A stretch of 64,000 nt of DNA from Mobula hypostoma (Eukaryota). The first letter of the stretch is position 1. Each line of letters starts with the position of its first letter. The position numbers and the translations under genes are program-made. Below, piece after piece: positions 50,600 through 64,000 of the stretch. The stretch covers positions 32,490,001-32,554,000 of the forward strand of contig NC_086109.1 of assembly GCF_963921235.1 (NCBI RefSeq), given 5' to 3'. The notes below the pieces were generated by a model. The model was not told the DNA's origin, searched no databases, and saw only the letters and a list, made by a program, of their open reading frames with translations.

Positions 50600-51693
50600 G
50601 AAGAGTAACACTAATGTCAGGCTGCTGTTTATTGACTACAGCTCAGTGTTCAACACAATCACCCCCTCAGTTCTAATCAACAAATTTTGAATCCTGGGCC
50701 TCTGTATCTCTCTCTGCCATTGGATCCTGACTTCCACATCCAGAGACCATAGTCAGTGCTGATTAGAAATAGCATCTCCGCTTTGCTGTTAATCAACACT
50801 GGCGCATCTCAAGGATGCGCTGCTCAACTCTCTACACCCACTCACAGATCAACCACCACATATACCCTTGCAAACAACACTACTCTTTGCAGAATTTCAG
50901 ATGGTGATGAAGAGGCGTTCAGGAGTGAGATAAGTCAGCTGGTTGAGTGGTGTTGCAGCGTCGACTTTGAACTCAATGTCAGTAAGATGAAGGAAAAGAT
51001 AGTGTACTTCAGGAAGGGGATGATAAGGGAACACAACACCAGTCCTTATCGAGGGTGAGCAGTTTCAAGTTCCTGGGTGTCAACATCTCTGAGGATCTAT
51101 CCTGGGTCCAGTTACAAAGAAGGCATGACAGCAGCTATATTTCATTAGGAGTTTGAGGAGAAGTGGTATGTCAACAAAGTCGTTTGCAAATTTCTACAGA
51201 TGTACTGTGGAGAGCATTCTAGCCTGTTGCACCACTTTCTGGTATGAGTGGCTACTGCACAGGACCAGAAAAAGCTCTAGAGAGTTGTAAGCTCAGCCAG
51301 CTCCATCATGGGTACTCGCCACCCCAGCAGCTGGGACCTCTTCATGAGGGGATACCTCAAAAAGGCAGCATCCATCATTAAACAGCCCTATCACCCAGTA
51401 CATGCTCTCTCCTCATTGCTACCATCAAGGAGGGGGTACGGGATCTGAAGACACAAAACTCAGTGTTTCAGGAACAGCTCCTTCCCCTCTGCCATCAGAT
51501 TTCTGAATGGGCAATGATCCCATGAGCACTTCCTCAGTATTTTTGCCCTCTTTTGTGCACTACTTATTTAATTTGTTATTATATATATGTCTTACTGTAA
51601 TTTATTGTTTTATTATGTATTGCAATGTACTGCTGCCACAAAACAACAAATTTCATGATATATGGTTATGATATTAAACCTGATTCTGATTCT
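50600..51693 (+). mobile_element. Rex1/Babar LINE 3' part
   Basis: VRLLFIDYSSVFNTI, INTGASQGC, RISDGDE, LNVSK; (ATTCTG)n tail. Confidence 0.85.
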
Positions 51694-51759
51694 TAAGTTT
51701 CATGCAAATAAAAAAATTATCGTAACATAACCACACACTTAATACAGGGCAACTCTCAG

Positions 51760-52995
51760 TGATTCCTACATTTATCATCCCCTCAAAACTGATCAATAAA
51801 CTTCAACACCTTGACCTCAATATCTCCTTGTGCAATTGGCTCCTCGATTTCCTCACTTGCAGGCTCCAGTCAGTTGGGATTGGCAACATCTCCCTCACCA
51901 TCTCCATCAGCACAGATGCACCACAAGACCGTGTGCTTAGCCTCCTGCTCTACTCACCTTACACTCATGACTGTGTGGCTGAGCACAGCTCAAGTGCCAA
52001 GGTTAAGTTTGCCGGCAACACCATTGTCGTTGGCCAAATCAAAGGTGGTGATGAATCAGCATATTGGAGGGAGATTGAAAATCTGGCTGAGTGGTGCCAC
52101 AGCAACCTCTCACTCAATGTCAGCAAGACCAAGGGGCTGATTATTGACTTCAGAAGGAGGAAACCAGAGGTCCATAAGCCAGTCCTCATTGAGATATCAG
52201 AGCTGGAGAGGGTCAGCAGCTTTAATTTCTTTGATGTTATCATTTCAGAGAATTAGTCCTGGAACCAGCACGTAAGTGCAACTATGAAGAAAGCACAGCA
52301 GTGCCTTTACTTCCTTAGAAGTTTGTGGGGATTTGGCATGGCATCTAAAACTTCTATAGACGTGTGGTGGAGAGTATATTGACTGGTTGCATCATGGCTT
52401 GGTATGGAAGCTCCAATGCCTTTGAATGGAAAATCCTATAAAAAGTAGTGGTACTACCCAGTCCATTATGGGTAAAGCCCTCCCCACCATTCAGCACATC
52501 TACACAGAGTGCTATTGCAGGAAAGCAACATCCAACTTCAAGGACCCCAGTCACCCAGGCCATGCTCTCTTCTCGCTCTGCCATCAGGAAAAAGATGCAG
52601 GAGCCTCAGGATCCACACAACCAGGTTCTGGAACAGCTATTATCCCTCAGCCATCGGTCTCTTGAAACAGTGGGGATAACTTTACTCAACTTCACTTGCC
52701 CCATCACTGAACAGTTCCCCCTACCTATGGTCTCACTTTCAAGGATTCTTCATCTCATCTTCTCAATATTTATTGCTTATTTGATTATTATTATAATTTC
52801 TTTTTCTTTTCAATTTGCGGTCTGTTGTCTTTTGCACATTAGTACTTTGTTCATCCTGTTGGGTGCATTCTTTTATTGATTCTATCGTGTTTCTTGGATT
52901 TACTGAGTATGCCTGCAAGGAAATGAATCTCAGGTTAGTACCATATATGGTGTCCTATATGTACTTTGATAATAAATTTACTTTAAACTTTGAAC
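51760..52995 (+). mobile_element. Rex1/Babar LINE 3' part
   Basis: [36 protein letters not shown] and a (ACTTTGA)-type tail. Confidence 0.87.
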
Positions 52996-53797
52996 TACCT
53001 TCCCAGGAAGGTAAAAATGAGGAAGTAATTTAGTGCTGTACTGTGAATGAGATTTACAGTTTTTGCAGCTATCGATAACAATTAGATATAATCTTGCTTT
53101 GTGATCCTTTGTGAATTATAAAATAAAACTTAGAACATTTGTCTGTAAACTTCCTTTAAATATGTCAGCTTTAACTCTAGTAACATTCTGACACCAGAGA
53201 CATAAAGTTGTGAGCTAAAGACCTACCCGAGGATTCTTGAGGAGATATAGATAGTTTAGTTCAAAGTTTTAAATGGAACTGATAATACCGTGCAATTAAT
53301 AGCTTTCCCTCCTTTCCCTCCTTGACCATCATGTCAAGTTGAGTCAAGTCATATTTATTGTTATGTGCACAAGTGTAATGAGGAACAGGTACAATACCTA
53401 CAGCAATGTCACAGGCATGTAGACACAAATGACATCCATGCCATTTATCATTTATACTTGTCATACAAGACAGTGAAGAGAGAGAGGGGGGAAAAGGACT
53501 GCAAAAACAAGACAGTGCAAAAAAAATGCATAGAGGTAAATCCATGGTGGTGCACGAGGGGTTCCTTGGTGTTCCACTGCTGAGATAGGGTTAGGATTGT
53601 GCAGGTTTATTCAAGAAAGTAAAGATTGCAAGAAAGAAGCTGTTCCTGATCCTGATGCTACGGAACTTCAGGTTTCTGTACCTCCTGCCTGATGGTAGCA
53701 GTAAGAAAAGGACATGTCCTGGATGGTGCAGAATCCTTGATTTTATATATCTATATATATTTATGGTAATTCTTTGAGGTATTTAGTATACATATAT

Positions 53798-54497
53798 GGT
53801 GGCATCCGTTAGTCTTGCGAGACTATGGATCTGCGCCTGGAAAGTCTTGTTTCAGTCTGTGTTAGAGCAGTGTCTGTCGTGGCTGTAGAGGCCCACACGG
53901 GACTGACAGTCTCGGCTGCAGCGACTGCACTTGAAGGCGCTGTCCTCCAGTGTTGTCTTGGTGCTGGTTTTCCGACGAGTGCGCTTTTCTTCAGCAGCAA
54001 GCCTCAGCTTCTCTTCTCCTCTTTTTAGACCACTGCGTAGTTCCAGCCTCCAGTGAGAGCAATCACTTGCGATGTCCTCCCACCTCTCGACGTTCATTTT
54101 CAGTGACTTCATGTCTCTCTTGCAAACGTCTTTGAAACGAAGATGGGGCCGCCCTTGTGCTCTCTTGCCGGAGGCCAGTTCCCCATACAGCAGGTCTTTC
54201 GACATGTGGTGTACGTGGCCCAGCCAGCAGAAACGGCGTTGTTGGAGCAGGGTGAAGAGGCTGAGTATCTGGGCGCAGGCCAGGACCTCATTGTTGGTGA
54301 CTCGGTCAGTCCACGTGATGTCCAGGGTGCGTCTCGGGCTGTGAAGGTGGAAGGCGTTGAGACGCAGCTGTTGTCTGTAGTAGAGGCTCCAGGTCTTGCT
54401 GCCGTAAAGCAGAGGGTGTTGTCAGCTTTCTGTTCTCCCAGACTCTGTTTGTCAGCCTGGCGAATGTTGAGGCTGACAACCACTCTACGTCGCTTTC
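53798..54497 (-). mobile_element. RTE-clade (BovB-like) LINE 3' end
   Basis: KDLLYGELASGKRAQGRP.LRFKDVCKRD and C-terminal CxxC...SRVGLYSH; 13-bp TSD AGTATACATATAT (53785-53797, 54498-54510). Confidence 0.85.
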
Positions 54498-54639
54498 AGT
54501 ATACATATATATATATACTGTAATTCACAGTTTGTTTTTCTATTATAATGCATTGCATTATACCAATGCCATAAAGACAACAATTTTCATGACAAATGCC
54601 AGTGATATTAAACCTGATTCTGATTCTGATGTTTGATGT

Positions 54640-55560
54640 CACCTTCTTGAAATATCGCCTTATGTGGATGCTGTCAGTAGTGGAGAAGGCTATGCCTGCG
54701 ATAGACTGGGCTGTGTCCAAAACTCTCTGCAGCCGCTTGCATTCCTGTGTTGTGCCAAGCTGAGATGCAACCAATCAGAGTAGTTTCAACAGTGTGTCTG
54801 TAAAACTCACTTAGACTGTCCACACCAGCTGTGTGGTGAAAAAAGCACAACGGCAGCTCTTTTACCTCGGACAGCTGAAGAAGTTTGGCAGGAGTCCCCA
54901 CACCCTCAGGATTTTCTACAGGGATGCCATCAAGAGCATCCTGCCTGGCTGTGTCACCGCCTGGTGAGGGGACTGTACTGCCCTCAATTGCAGGGCACTG
55001 CAGAGAGTGGTGCGGACAGCCCGGCGCATCTGTGGATGTGAACTTTCCTCTATTCAGGACATTTACAGCAGCAGGTGTGTAAAACTGGCCCTGAGGATCA
55101 TCAGGGTCTCCAGCCTCCCCAACCACAAACTGTTTCAGCTGCTTCCATCTGGCAAACGGTACCACAGCATTAAGGCCAGGTGTAACAGGCTGTGGGACAG
55201 CTTCTTTCATCAGCCCATCAGATTTATCAATAAACATTGATCTGGTTGCATATCTGTCTGTACATACATGTATACAAAACAATTATGTATACAATCTTAG
55301 TGTTTGAGCAATATTCCTCCACATTTCCCTTCCTTATTGCTTGTACGTTGCGATGGAGACGCAACATAAAAATGTTTACGCCCTTGGATGTAAGAAATAA
55401 AATAAATACAAAGTATAAATACAAATATAGTTTGAGTATTTGGAGACATTCCAAATCTCCTGAAGCTTTTAAGAGTGGAGAGGGACTGCATGCCTTCGAC
55501 ATGATTGTGTCTATGTGTGGAACCCAAGACAGGATATCTGATATGTTAGTGTTCAGGAAT
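54640..55560. mobile_element. Rex1/Babar fragment (minus) split by a Rex1/Babar 3' part on the + strand (~54813-55410)
   Basis: The insert encodes VRTARRICGCEL.SIQDIY...HKLFQLLPSGKRY (same subfamily as 47766-48596); the flanks encode LKSFRRFGMSP and FYRHTVETTLIGCI on the minus strand. Confidence 0.78.
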
Positions 55561-56059
55561 CCTATCTACCTTCATAAACAGACATGAAATATTGTCTACA
55601 CTGTCAGAATCAGAATCAGGTTATTATCACTGATGTGATAATATGTGTGAAGTGAAATTTCTTGCGTTGCAGCAACTGCTCAATGCAATCTGATATGAAT
55701 ATTCATAAATAAAACAATTTAATTAGTTAATTACCACATTGTTCTTGAGGTGGTGAAAATGGCTGCACGTTTTTCAATGATACAACAGTAACCACATTTT
55801 AAAGAAATAATCCTGATACAGGAATATTGACCTGAAAGTTTGAATCCATTTCCCTCTTTATAGATGCCATATGACATTCTGAGTGTTTCTGGCATTTTCT
55901 GCATCTACACAGAGAACAGACACCTTGAACAGACACCTTGGCCCACAGTGTCTGCACAAAGCATGACACCAAAATAAACTAATTCCATCTGACCACACAG
56001 GGTCTTCATTGCCCTATTTCCTGTCTCTCCAAAGCCTCTTCCATTGCCAGGTCGAGGCT

Positions 56060-56350
56060 AAGTGCAAATTAAGGAACAGCAGCCCATTTTCCAGAGCAGC
56101 ACCCACAAAATGCTGGAGGAATTCAGCAAGATCAGGCAGCATCTATGGAGAGGAATCAACAGTCGATGTCTTGGGACGAGACCTTTCATTGGGACTGGAA
56201 AGGAAGGGGGAAAATGTCAGAAGGAAGGAGGACAGAGCTAGAAGGTGAAAGGTCAGGCCAGGTGGGTAGGGGACGGGACTGAAGTAAGCATTCCATGTTC
56301 CATCTGGGCAGTCTCCAACCCGGTAGCATGAACAAGAAATTCCCAAATTT
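56060..56350. mobile_element. Penelope-like fragments
   Basis: CACAAAATGCTGGAGGAA.TCAGCA...CAGCATCTATGG terminal repeat plus TTCCATCTGGGCAGTCTCCAACC body sequence. Confidence 0.65.
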
Positions 56351-56449
56351 CAGTTGTCAGGAAGGAAGGATCTACCATTACAAGACCTTGCCATCTAAGA
56401 CAGCAAAGATAAATACAATGGGATTTACTTTATCGATTACAGACTTCAT

Positions 56450-59400
56450 GGGTCAGGGCTTCAGATTCTTGAACCATTGGGATCTCTTCTGGGGAAGTAT
56501 GACCTGTTCAAAATGGACGGGTTACACCTGAACCCGAAGGGGACCAATATCCTGGCGGGAAGGTTTAATAGAGCTGTCAGGGAGGGTTTAAACTAATTTG
56601 GCAGGGGGATGGGAACCGGAATGATAGAGCAGAGGAAGGGGAAAACAGAAATAAATCAAAGATAGTGAGCAGTAAAGATGTCAGGAAAGACAGGCAGGTA
56701 ATGGGGCAAATTTGTAGCCATTGGGATGAGATGCAGTGCAATAAAGTTGCAATGAAATCAAAGCGAAAAGTACCAAATACTGGTCTTAAGGTGTTATACT
56801 TAAATGCACGCAGCATAAGAAATAAGGTGGATGATCTTGTCATACAGCTACAGATTGGCAGGTATGATATTGTGGCCATCACTGAGACCTGGCTGAAGGA
56901 TGCATGTCTCTGGGAGCTGAATGTCCAAGGATACACGGTGTATCGGAAGGATAGGAAGGTAGGCAGAGGGGGAGGCGTGGCTTTATTGGTAAGAAATGAT
57001 ACTAAATCTTAGAAAGCGGTGACATAGGATGGGAAGGTGCAGAATCTTTATGGGTTGAGCTAAGAAATCGCAGGGGTAAAAGGACCCTGATGGCAGTTAT
57101 ATACAGGCCTCCAAACAGCTGCAGTGATGTGGACTACAAATTACAACAGGAAATAGAAAAGGCTTGTCAGAAGGGCAGTGTTATGATAATTGTGGGGGAT
57201 TTTAAACATGCGAGTGGATTGGGAAAATCAGGTCAGCACTGGATCTCAAGAGAGAGAATTTGTAGAATGTCTGCGAGATGGCTTTTTAGAACAGCTTGTT
57301 GTTGAGCCCACTAGGAGATCGGCTGTACTGGATTGGGTATTATGTAATGAACCGGAGGTGATTAGAGAGATTGAGGTGAAGGAACCCTTAGGAAGCAGTG
57401 ATCATAACATGATTGAGCTGACTGTGAGATTTGAAAAAGAGAAGCCGAAATCTGATGTGTAGGTGTTTCAGTGGAGTAAAGGAAATTACAGTGGCATGAG
57501 AGAGGAACTGGCCAAAGTTGACTGGAAAGGGACACTGGCGGGAAAGACGGCAGAGCAGCAGTGGCTGGAGTTTATGCGAGAAGTGAGGAAGGTGCAAGAC
57601 AGGTATATTCCAAAAAAGAAGAAATTTTCGAATGGAAAAAGGATGCAACCGTGGCTGACAAGAGAAGTCAAAGCCAAAGTTAAAACAAAGGAGAGGGCAT
57701 ACAAGGAAGCAAAAATTAGTGGGAAGACAGAGGATTGGGAAGTTTTTAAAAGCTTACAAAAGGAAACTAAGGAGGTCGTTAAGAGGGAAAAGATGAACTA
57801 TGAAAGGAAGCTAGCAAATAATATCAAAGAGGAGACTAAAAGCTTTTTCAAGTATATAAAGAGTAAAAGACAGGTGAGAGTAGATACAGGACCGACAGAA
57901 AATGATGCTGGAGAAATTTTAATTGGAGATAAGGAGATGGCGGAGGAACTGAACGAGTATTTTGCATCAGTCTTCACTGAGGAAGACATCAGCAGTATAC
58001 CGGACACTCAGACGTGGCAGGGAAGAGAAGTGTGTGCAGTCACAATTATGACAGAAAAAGTACTCAGGAAGCTGAATAGTCTAAAGGTAGATAAATCTCC
58101 CAGACCAGATGGAATGCACCCTCGTGTTCTGAAGGAAGTAGCTGTGGAGATTGCGGAGACATTAGCGATGATCTTTCAAAAGTCAATAGATTCTGGCATG
58201 GTTCCGGAGGACTGGAAGGTTGCAAATGTTACTCCGCTATTTAAGAAGGGGGCAAGGAAGCAAAAAGGAAATTATAGACCTGTTAGCTTGACATCAGTGG
58301 TTGGGAAGTTGTTGGAGTCGATTGTCAAGGATGAGATTACAGAGTACCTGGAGGCATATGACAAGATAGACAGAACTCAGCATGGATTCCTTAAAGGAAA
58401 ATCCTTCCTGACAAACCTATTACAATTTTTTGAGGAAATTACAAGTAGGCTAGACAAGGGAGATGCAGCGGATGTTGTATATTTGGATTTTCAGAAGGCC
58501 TTTGACAAGGTGCCACACATGAGGCTACTTAACAAGATAAGAGCCCATGTAATTACAGGAAAGTTGCATATGTGGATAGAGCGTTGACTGATTGGCAGGA
58601 AACAGAGAGTGGGAATAAAGGGATGCTATTCTGATTGGCTGCCGATTACCAGTGGTGTTCCACAGGGGTCCATGTTGGGGCCACTTCTTTTTACATTATA
58701 CATCAACGATTTGGATTATGGAATAGATGGCTAAGCTTGCTGACGATACGAAGATAGGTGGAGGGGCTGGTAGTGCTGAGGAAACAGAGAGTCTACAGAG
58801 AGACTTGGATAGATTGGAAGAATGGGTAAAGAAGTGGCAAATGAAATACAATGTTGGAAAGTGTATGGTTGTGCACTTTGGCAGAAATAATAAACGGGCA
58901 GACTATTATTTAAATGGAGAGAGAATTCAAAGTTCTGAGATGCAACAGGACTTGGGAGTCCTTGTACAGGATACCCTTACAGTTAACCTCCAGGTTGAGT
59001 CGGTGGTGAAGAAGGTGAATGCAATGTTGGCATTCATTTCTAGAGGAATATAGTATAGGAGCAGGGATGTGATGTTGAGGCTCTATAAGGTGCTGGTGAG
59101 ACCTCACTTGGAGTACTGTGGGCAGTTTTGGTCTCCTTATTTAAGAAAGGATGTGCTAACGTTGGAGAGGGTACAGAGAAGATTCACTAGAATGATTCCG
59201 GGAATGAGAGGGTTAACATATGAGGAACGTTTGTTCGCTCTTGGACTGTATTCCTTGGAGTTTAGAAGAATGAGGGAAGACCTCATAGAAACATTTCATA
59301 TGTTGAAAGGCATGGACAGAGTGGATGTGGCAAAGTTGTTTCCCATGATGGGGGAGTCTAGTACGAGAGGGCATGACTTAAGGATTGAAGGGTGCCCATT

Positions 59401-59653
59401 CAGAATAGAGATGCGAAGACATTTTTTTAGCCAGAGGGTGTATGGAATTTGTTGCCACGGGCGGCAGTGGAGGCCAAGTCATTGGGTGTATTTAAGGCAG
59501 AGATTGATAGGTATCTGAGTAGCCAGGGCATCAAAGGTTATGGTGAGAAGGCGGGGGAGTGGGACTAAATGGGAGAATGGATCAGCTCATGATAAAATGG
59601 CGGAGCAGACTCGATGGGCCGAATGGCCAACTTCTGCTCCTTTGTCTTATGGT
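56450..59653 (+). mobile_element. CR1 LINE, 3.2 kb: ORF1 C-terminus, complete but disabled ORF2 (APE endonuclease + RT), 3' UTR
   Basis: ORF1 end GFRFLNHW...DGLHLN.KG (SGNH/GDSL-like); APE YLNARS, DIVAITETW, YRPP, SDH; RT NYRPVSLTS, YLDFQKAFDKV, ADDTK. Stops at 57010, 57460, 58585 and 59051, plus frameshifts; possible TSD CTTCAT (56444-56449, 59654-59659). Confidence 0.95.
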
Positions 59654-60271
59654 CTTCATACTTTGAAAGATATACAATACTTATGATGAAGGCTCACCAG
59701 ATTGATTTGTGGAAGGGTGGTTTGTGACCTGAGCAAAGATTATACAGATTAGTCCTCTATTAGAAAAATAAGTAATGATCTCCTATGAGCTTCTTTCTGG
59801 GTTTGATGTGGTAATTGATTATTCTGGTGTCTTGGATGCCATGGTCTCTGAATAATGGATCAGCCATTCAGGACAGAAAAGAGGAGTAATTTCTTCATCC
59901 AAAAAGGAGTGAAACTTTACATTCTCTACCAAAGGGGACATTGGAGGCTCAGTTGTTGAATGTATTAAAAAAGAAATCAACAGAGTTTTAGACATTAAGG
60001 GAATTAAGGGGTATACGGTTCTCATAAATGGGTAACTTTCAGGTAACATATCAGCCATGATCTTACTGAACAGAGGCAAGGTGGGAGGTCCAGATGGTCT
60101 ACTCCAGCTTCTCCGTCTAACATCCTTTATTGCAACAAACAGAAGAGTGAAATGGGACTGTTCCAAATTATAAAGAGTTTTGATAGAGTACATTGAAAAA
60201 TAATTGCTCCTCTAATGCGTGAACTAATGATTAAAAGATATAAATTTATCACAAAAAGAATGAAGTGTATG

Positions 60272-60645
60272 GACCAACACACAAAATGCTGGAGAAACTC
60301 AGCAGGTCTGGCAGCATCAAAGGAGGGGAATAAGCAGTCGACATTTCGGGCTGAGATCCTTCATCAGGACTGGAAAGAAAGGGGGAAGAATCCAGAATAA
60401 GAAGGTAGGGGGGATGGAAAGGAGCACAAGCTGCCAGGTGAGGGGAAAGGTAGGTGGGTGGGGGAGGGGATGAAGTGAGAAGCTGGGAAGAGATAGGTGG
60501 AAAAGGTAACAGAGTGGAGAAGAAAGAATCTGATAGGAGAGGAAAATAGTCTTTGGGAGAAAAGGAAGGAGGAAGGGCACCAGGGGAAGGTGATAGGCAG
60601 GTAAGGAGAAGGGAAGGGGTATGAAGGGAGCCAGAACTGAGAATG
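60272..60645 (-). mobile_element. Penelope-like 3' terminal region with a near-intact hammerhead motif (60335-60372)
   Basis: Minus strand CAGUC-CUGAUGA-A-GGAUCUCAGCCC-GAAA-U-GUC-GACUG. Confidence 0.78.
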
Positions 60646-61063
60646 AATATAATTTTAGATGCAGAGAGCATTGCCACTACTGTATTTCAGCTAACAATGT
60701 AGTTATGAACTTTCACTCATAAATCTCTAATCCTAACATAAAAGCTATATATTTTTAAATATATATTTCTTACATCAGTGGGTCAAATGAATGTCGTTCA
60801 ACAATTCTGACTATATTATTCTCCTCTTTATCAAGATATCAAATATTTATCTTATAATGTTTTACGATTGTGCCATGCACAATTTACAATAGCTGATATT
60901 ATAATTGGATTTAGTGTCAACAGTGACTAAAAATCAATCTCAGTTCACCTGCAATAACTATTGTATGTAATTTCTCAAATGCTAGGCAGTGGCATGGAAA
61001 TTGTAAAACAGTTGGTACCATAGCTGAAGGGTAAACAAATTTTATGCATAATAGTTAAAGAAA

Positions 61064-61982
61064 GGGTGCCACGGTAACATAGTGGTTAGCACAATGCTTT
61101 ACAATACCAGTGACCAGGGTTCAATTCCCGCTGTTCCTGCAGGGAGTTTGTACATTCTCCCCATTACTGTGTGGGGTTTCCTGCAGGTGCTCCAGTTTCT
61201 TCCCACAGTCCAAAGAGGTACCGGTTGGTAGGTGTCCTGTGGGGGGGAGGGGGCTTAATCTGTGCGGTAAACCATATATATGTTGTAACTGGGTTAACTG
61301 TCTTGATACACCCCTCTGCTGACTGCCCCTGTGGCTCCTCCCACAGACCCCTGAATAAAGGTGATTTCGCCTTGCTCCTCCCCCTCAGTCTGGGGGCAGA
61401 CACTCAGCATGGAAGTCGTCTTGTACTGCGAATAAAAGCCTTTCAGTATTCACCGTACTTCAGTCTTTTGGAGTTATTGAAGGTGCTTCAATCTGATTGT
61501 TGAAAGTTGCTTCCATCGTGATTGGTTAGTTTAGAAACTGCAGCTGCTTTTCCCATTGGCTAGCTGCCTGGTGTGCAGTTTCAAATATCCTGGGTAAATA
61601 GAGAGCTCGTGTGGGAGGTTCTTTCTCTTCCTTTGTTTAAGACAAGCGGTGCACATGAACATCGGGAATGTATGCTCTGCGTGCACTTTTAACTATGTGT
61701 GTTTGTTGAATATTCAGCTTTGTAGTGTCTGTAACTTGGGGAACTTGAGTGTTTGGTTGAACTTTTACTGTCTGTAAATAAAAGATTAATATACTTATTC
61801 ACAGTCAGTGTTTTCTCTTTCACTTGCCAGACTGGCGAACCTGATTCAACATTACAGTAGGTTAATTGGTCATTGTAAATTGTCCCGTGATTAGGTTCAG
61901 ATTAAATCGGGGGATTGCTAGGTGGCGTGGCTCAAAAGGCTAGAAGTGCCTATTCTGTGCTGAATCTCAGTAAATAAATAAC
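61064..61982 (+). mobile_element. tRNA-derived V-SINE-like element split by a solo LTR
   Basis: A-box-like GGTAACATAGTGG, B box GGTTCAATTCC (61118-61128); the body resumes at 61857; (AAAT)n tail. Confidence 0.82.
61233..61856 (+). mobile_element. Solo LTR (TG...CA) containing a second short LTR (~61261-61490)
   Basis: 5-bp TSD GTAGG (61228-61232, 61857-61861); the inner TG...CA unit has its own AATAAA and is bracketed by AATCT repeats. Confidence 0.78.
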
Positions 61983-62959
61983 TAAAAGTACGTGAATGAC
62001 ATACGTCATTACATCACCATGTCATGTATGCGCACCTCACTAAAGAGAAACACGACTCCTATATTTTTCTTTCATTTAGTTTTATGTTTTGGAGTTATAA
62101 AACACAACAGAGGAGGCGAGTTAGTTTTAAAATGAACCTGAGATGACTAGGCTCAGATTAAATCGGGAGGTCTCTGGGCAGAGCAGCTTGAACGGCCTAT
62201 CCACACTGTACCTCAATTAATAAAAGTTCATGAAACTTTGCTTTCCCTTCAAGGGACAGCAAACATAGCACATCTTCATAGAGTTTACACCATTCTGGAA
62301 TTGCATCACATACAAGAGTTATACCAAAAACTAAAATAATAAGATGGAAAGGTTACCTTGGACAATAATCACGCTTTGTTGGGTCTTATTTGTGATAAAA
62401 GTAATGTCAGAAGAGTTGAACAAAATCCTGTCATATATTCTAATCGGCAAAGCAGCTTGTAAAGCTAACTTGAGAGTGTTCTTGCCAATAACCACATTCA
62501 TGCTTTGGTAGTACACAATATGTGTATGTAGGTCTTTCCATATTTATAAGCAGCTTACTTGCTGATTTTGTTTAAAAGAATTTACTAATTTTATTTCATG
62601 TTTGAAGCAAAATGCTTAATGCTTGGATGTTATTTTTCTTATAACTTTATTTCAATCCCTTGACATTTTTAGTAAAATTATAGAAACATTTCTACTTGGA
62701 GTATTTTTATCTAATAATAGCTTGAAATATTTCATTTATCTTTGCTGTAGTCACAGTGGGAATAACACTTTACTTATTGACTTTACCTTCCAATTTGATT
62801 AATTTGGCAGATTTTTAAATGCTCTTACTTTTACACACCTCTTTTGAAGGCACGCAAACAAGAAAAAGCCTCCAGTGGGAAGCACACTGACCTGAAATTT
62901 TGGCACTCCATCAAGAGTGTTCAGTTCACAGCACATTCTCAGCATTAACTTTCTTTTAA

Positions 62960-63400
62960 AGCCATGTTTAGTTGCAGTATAAGGAAACGCAGGGAAAGCC
63001 TTCTGCACCATTGAGCATATTTACAAAGGACACTGACATAAGAAATCAGATCCATTATCAAGGACCCCCAACATCCAGGCCATGGTCTCTTCTCACTGCT
63101 GCCATCAGGAAGAAGGTTATGTCCCACACCATCCGCTTCAGGTACAGTTTGTACCAAACTGGATAACTTTACTCACCCCAACAGTGAACTGATTCCACAA
63201 CCTGTGGACTCATTTTTGGAGACTCTACAATTCATGTTCTCAACGTTAATTAATTTTCTGTTTTGTATTTGCACAGTTTGTTGTCTTTTGCAGGTTGGTT
63301 GTTTGTCTGTCCTGTTGGGTGTGGTCTTTCATTGGTTCTATTGTGTGCCCACAAAAAAATAAATCCCTAGATTCGATGATACATTTATTTTCAACTTTGA
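62960..63400 (+). mobile_element. Rex1/Babar 3' fragment
   Basis: GGGAAAGCC.T...CACCATTGAGCA...TCAAGGACCCCCA.CATCCAGGCCATG matches the 3' part of 51760-52995. Confidence 0.75.
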
Positions 63401-64000
63401 AGATTTTGAGAGTAAGCAGCTTGAGGAAAATAACTATAAAAAAAATTGCATTAAAACTTACATCTGCTTAATCAAGAACCACAATTTAAACTAAATGGAA
63501 CATATGAGTAATAAGTTTCTGGCAACAATTGATACAATTCAAAGCAGTCCGTGAGGGAAAACACTCCAACCTAGAAAACTAACAAAATCTAATCAACAGG
63601 TTTTAAAATACTTTCTCAATACAGAAGACTAAATAATTGCAACAGAAGTACAAGTTTCAAGTTGATTTCTTTATGTCCAGATTCACTTAGATGCCAATAT
63701 CTTCACAGGAAATTTTTATGCAAGAACTATTTGTGACAACTTGTACCACTTGCTGGATTTGCCACTTCATTGTGACAGAGTAGTGTGAAAAGGTTGAAAA
63801 CATTTTGTTCAAAGCTCAAAGTTCAAAAATCGAAATAAATTTATTATTAAAGTATGTATATGTTGACATGTGCTATGTTGAGATTTATTTTCTTGCAGGT
63901 ATTCACAGGAGAAAGAAAAAATACAATAGAATTTGACAAAAAACTATACATAAATAGAGAAGGTCTGACGAACAACCAATGTGCAAAGACAATCTGTGCA

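Noticed and set aside
61985..62125. LTR end with a degenerate primer-binding site
   Set aside because: No 5' terminus, TSD or internal sequence found.

Overview
Repeat-rich vertebrate genomic DNA; the repeat families (CR1, Rex1/Babar, Penelope, V-SINE-like) suggest a cartilaginous fish, probably a ray (inference). The only intact protein-coding sequence I can support is the first coding exon of MAPK14 (p38 alpha) on the minus strand (2727-2842), with its CpG-island promoter at about 2940-3360; bases 1-2726 are its first intron. The remaining ~60 kb looks like a transposon graveyard: a nearly full-length Hero-type (R2 group) LINE, a 3.2-kb CR1, many Rex1/Babar and CR1 fragments, RTE, Penelope fragments carrying minimal hammerhead-ribozyme motifs, a Chapaev3-type DNA transposon derivative, solo LTRs and SINEs, often nested. 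Between the repeats, on the + strand (~29.4-49.9 kb) and absent from the ORF track, I read at least 14 collinear, heavily decayed exon remnants of an SLC26-family anion exchanger. It faces away from MAPK14, in the position where mammals have SLC26A8, and is a candidate unitary pseudogene. All family assignments and alignments were made by eye against recalled reference sequences; no database search was run, and most repeat boundaries without a target-site duplication (TSD) are approximate.
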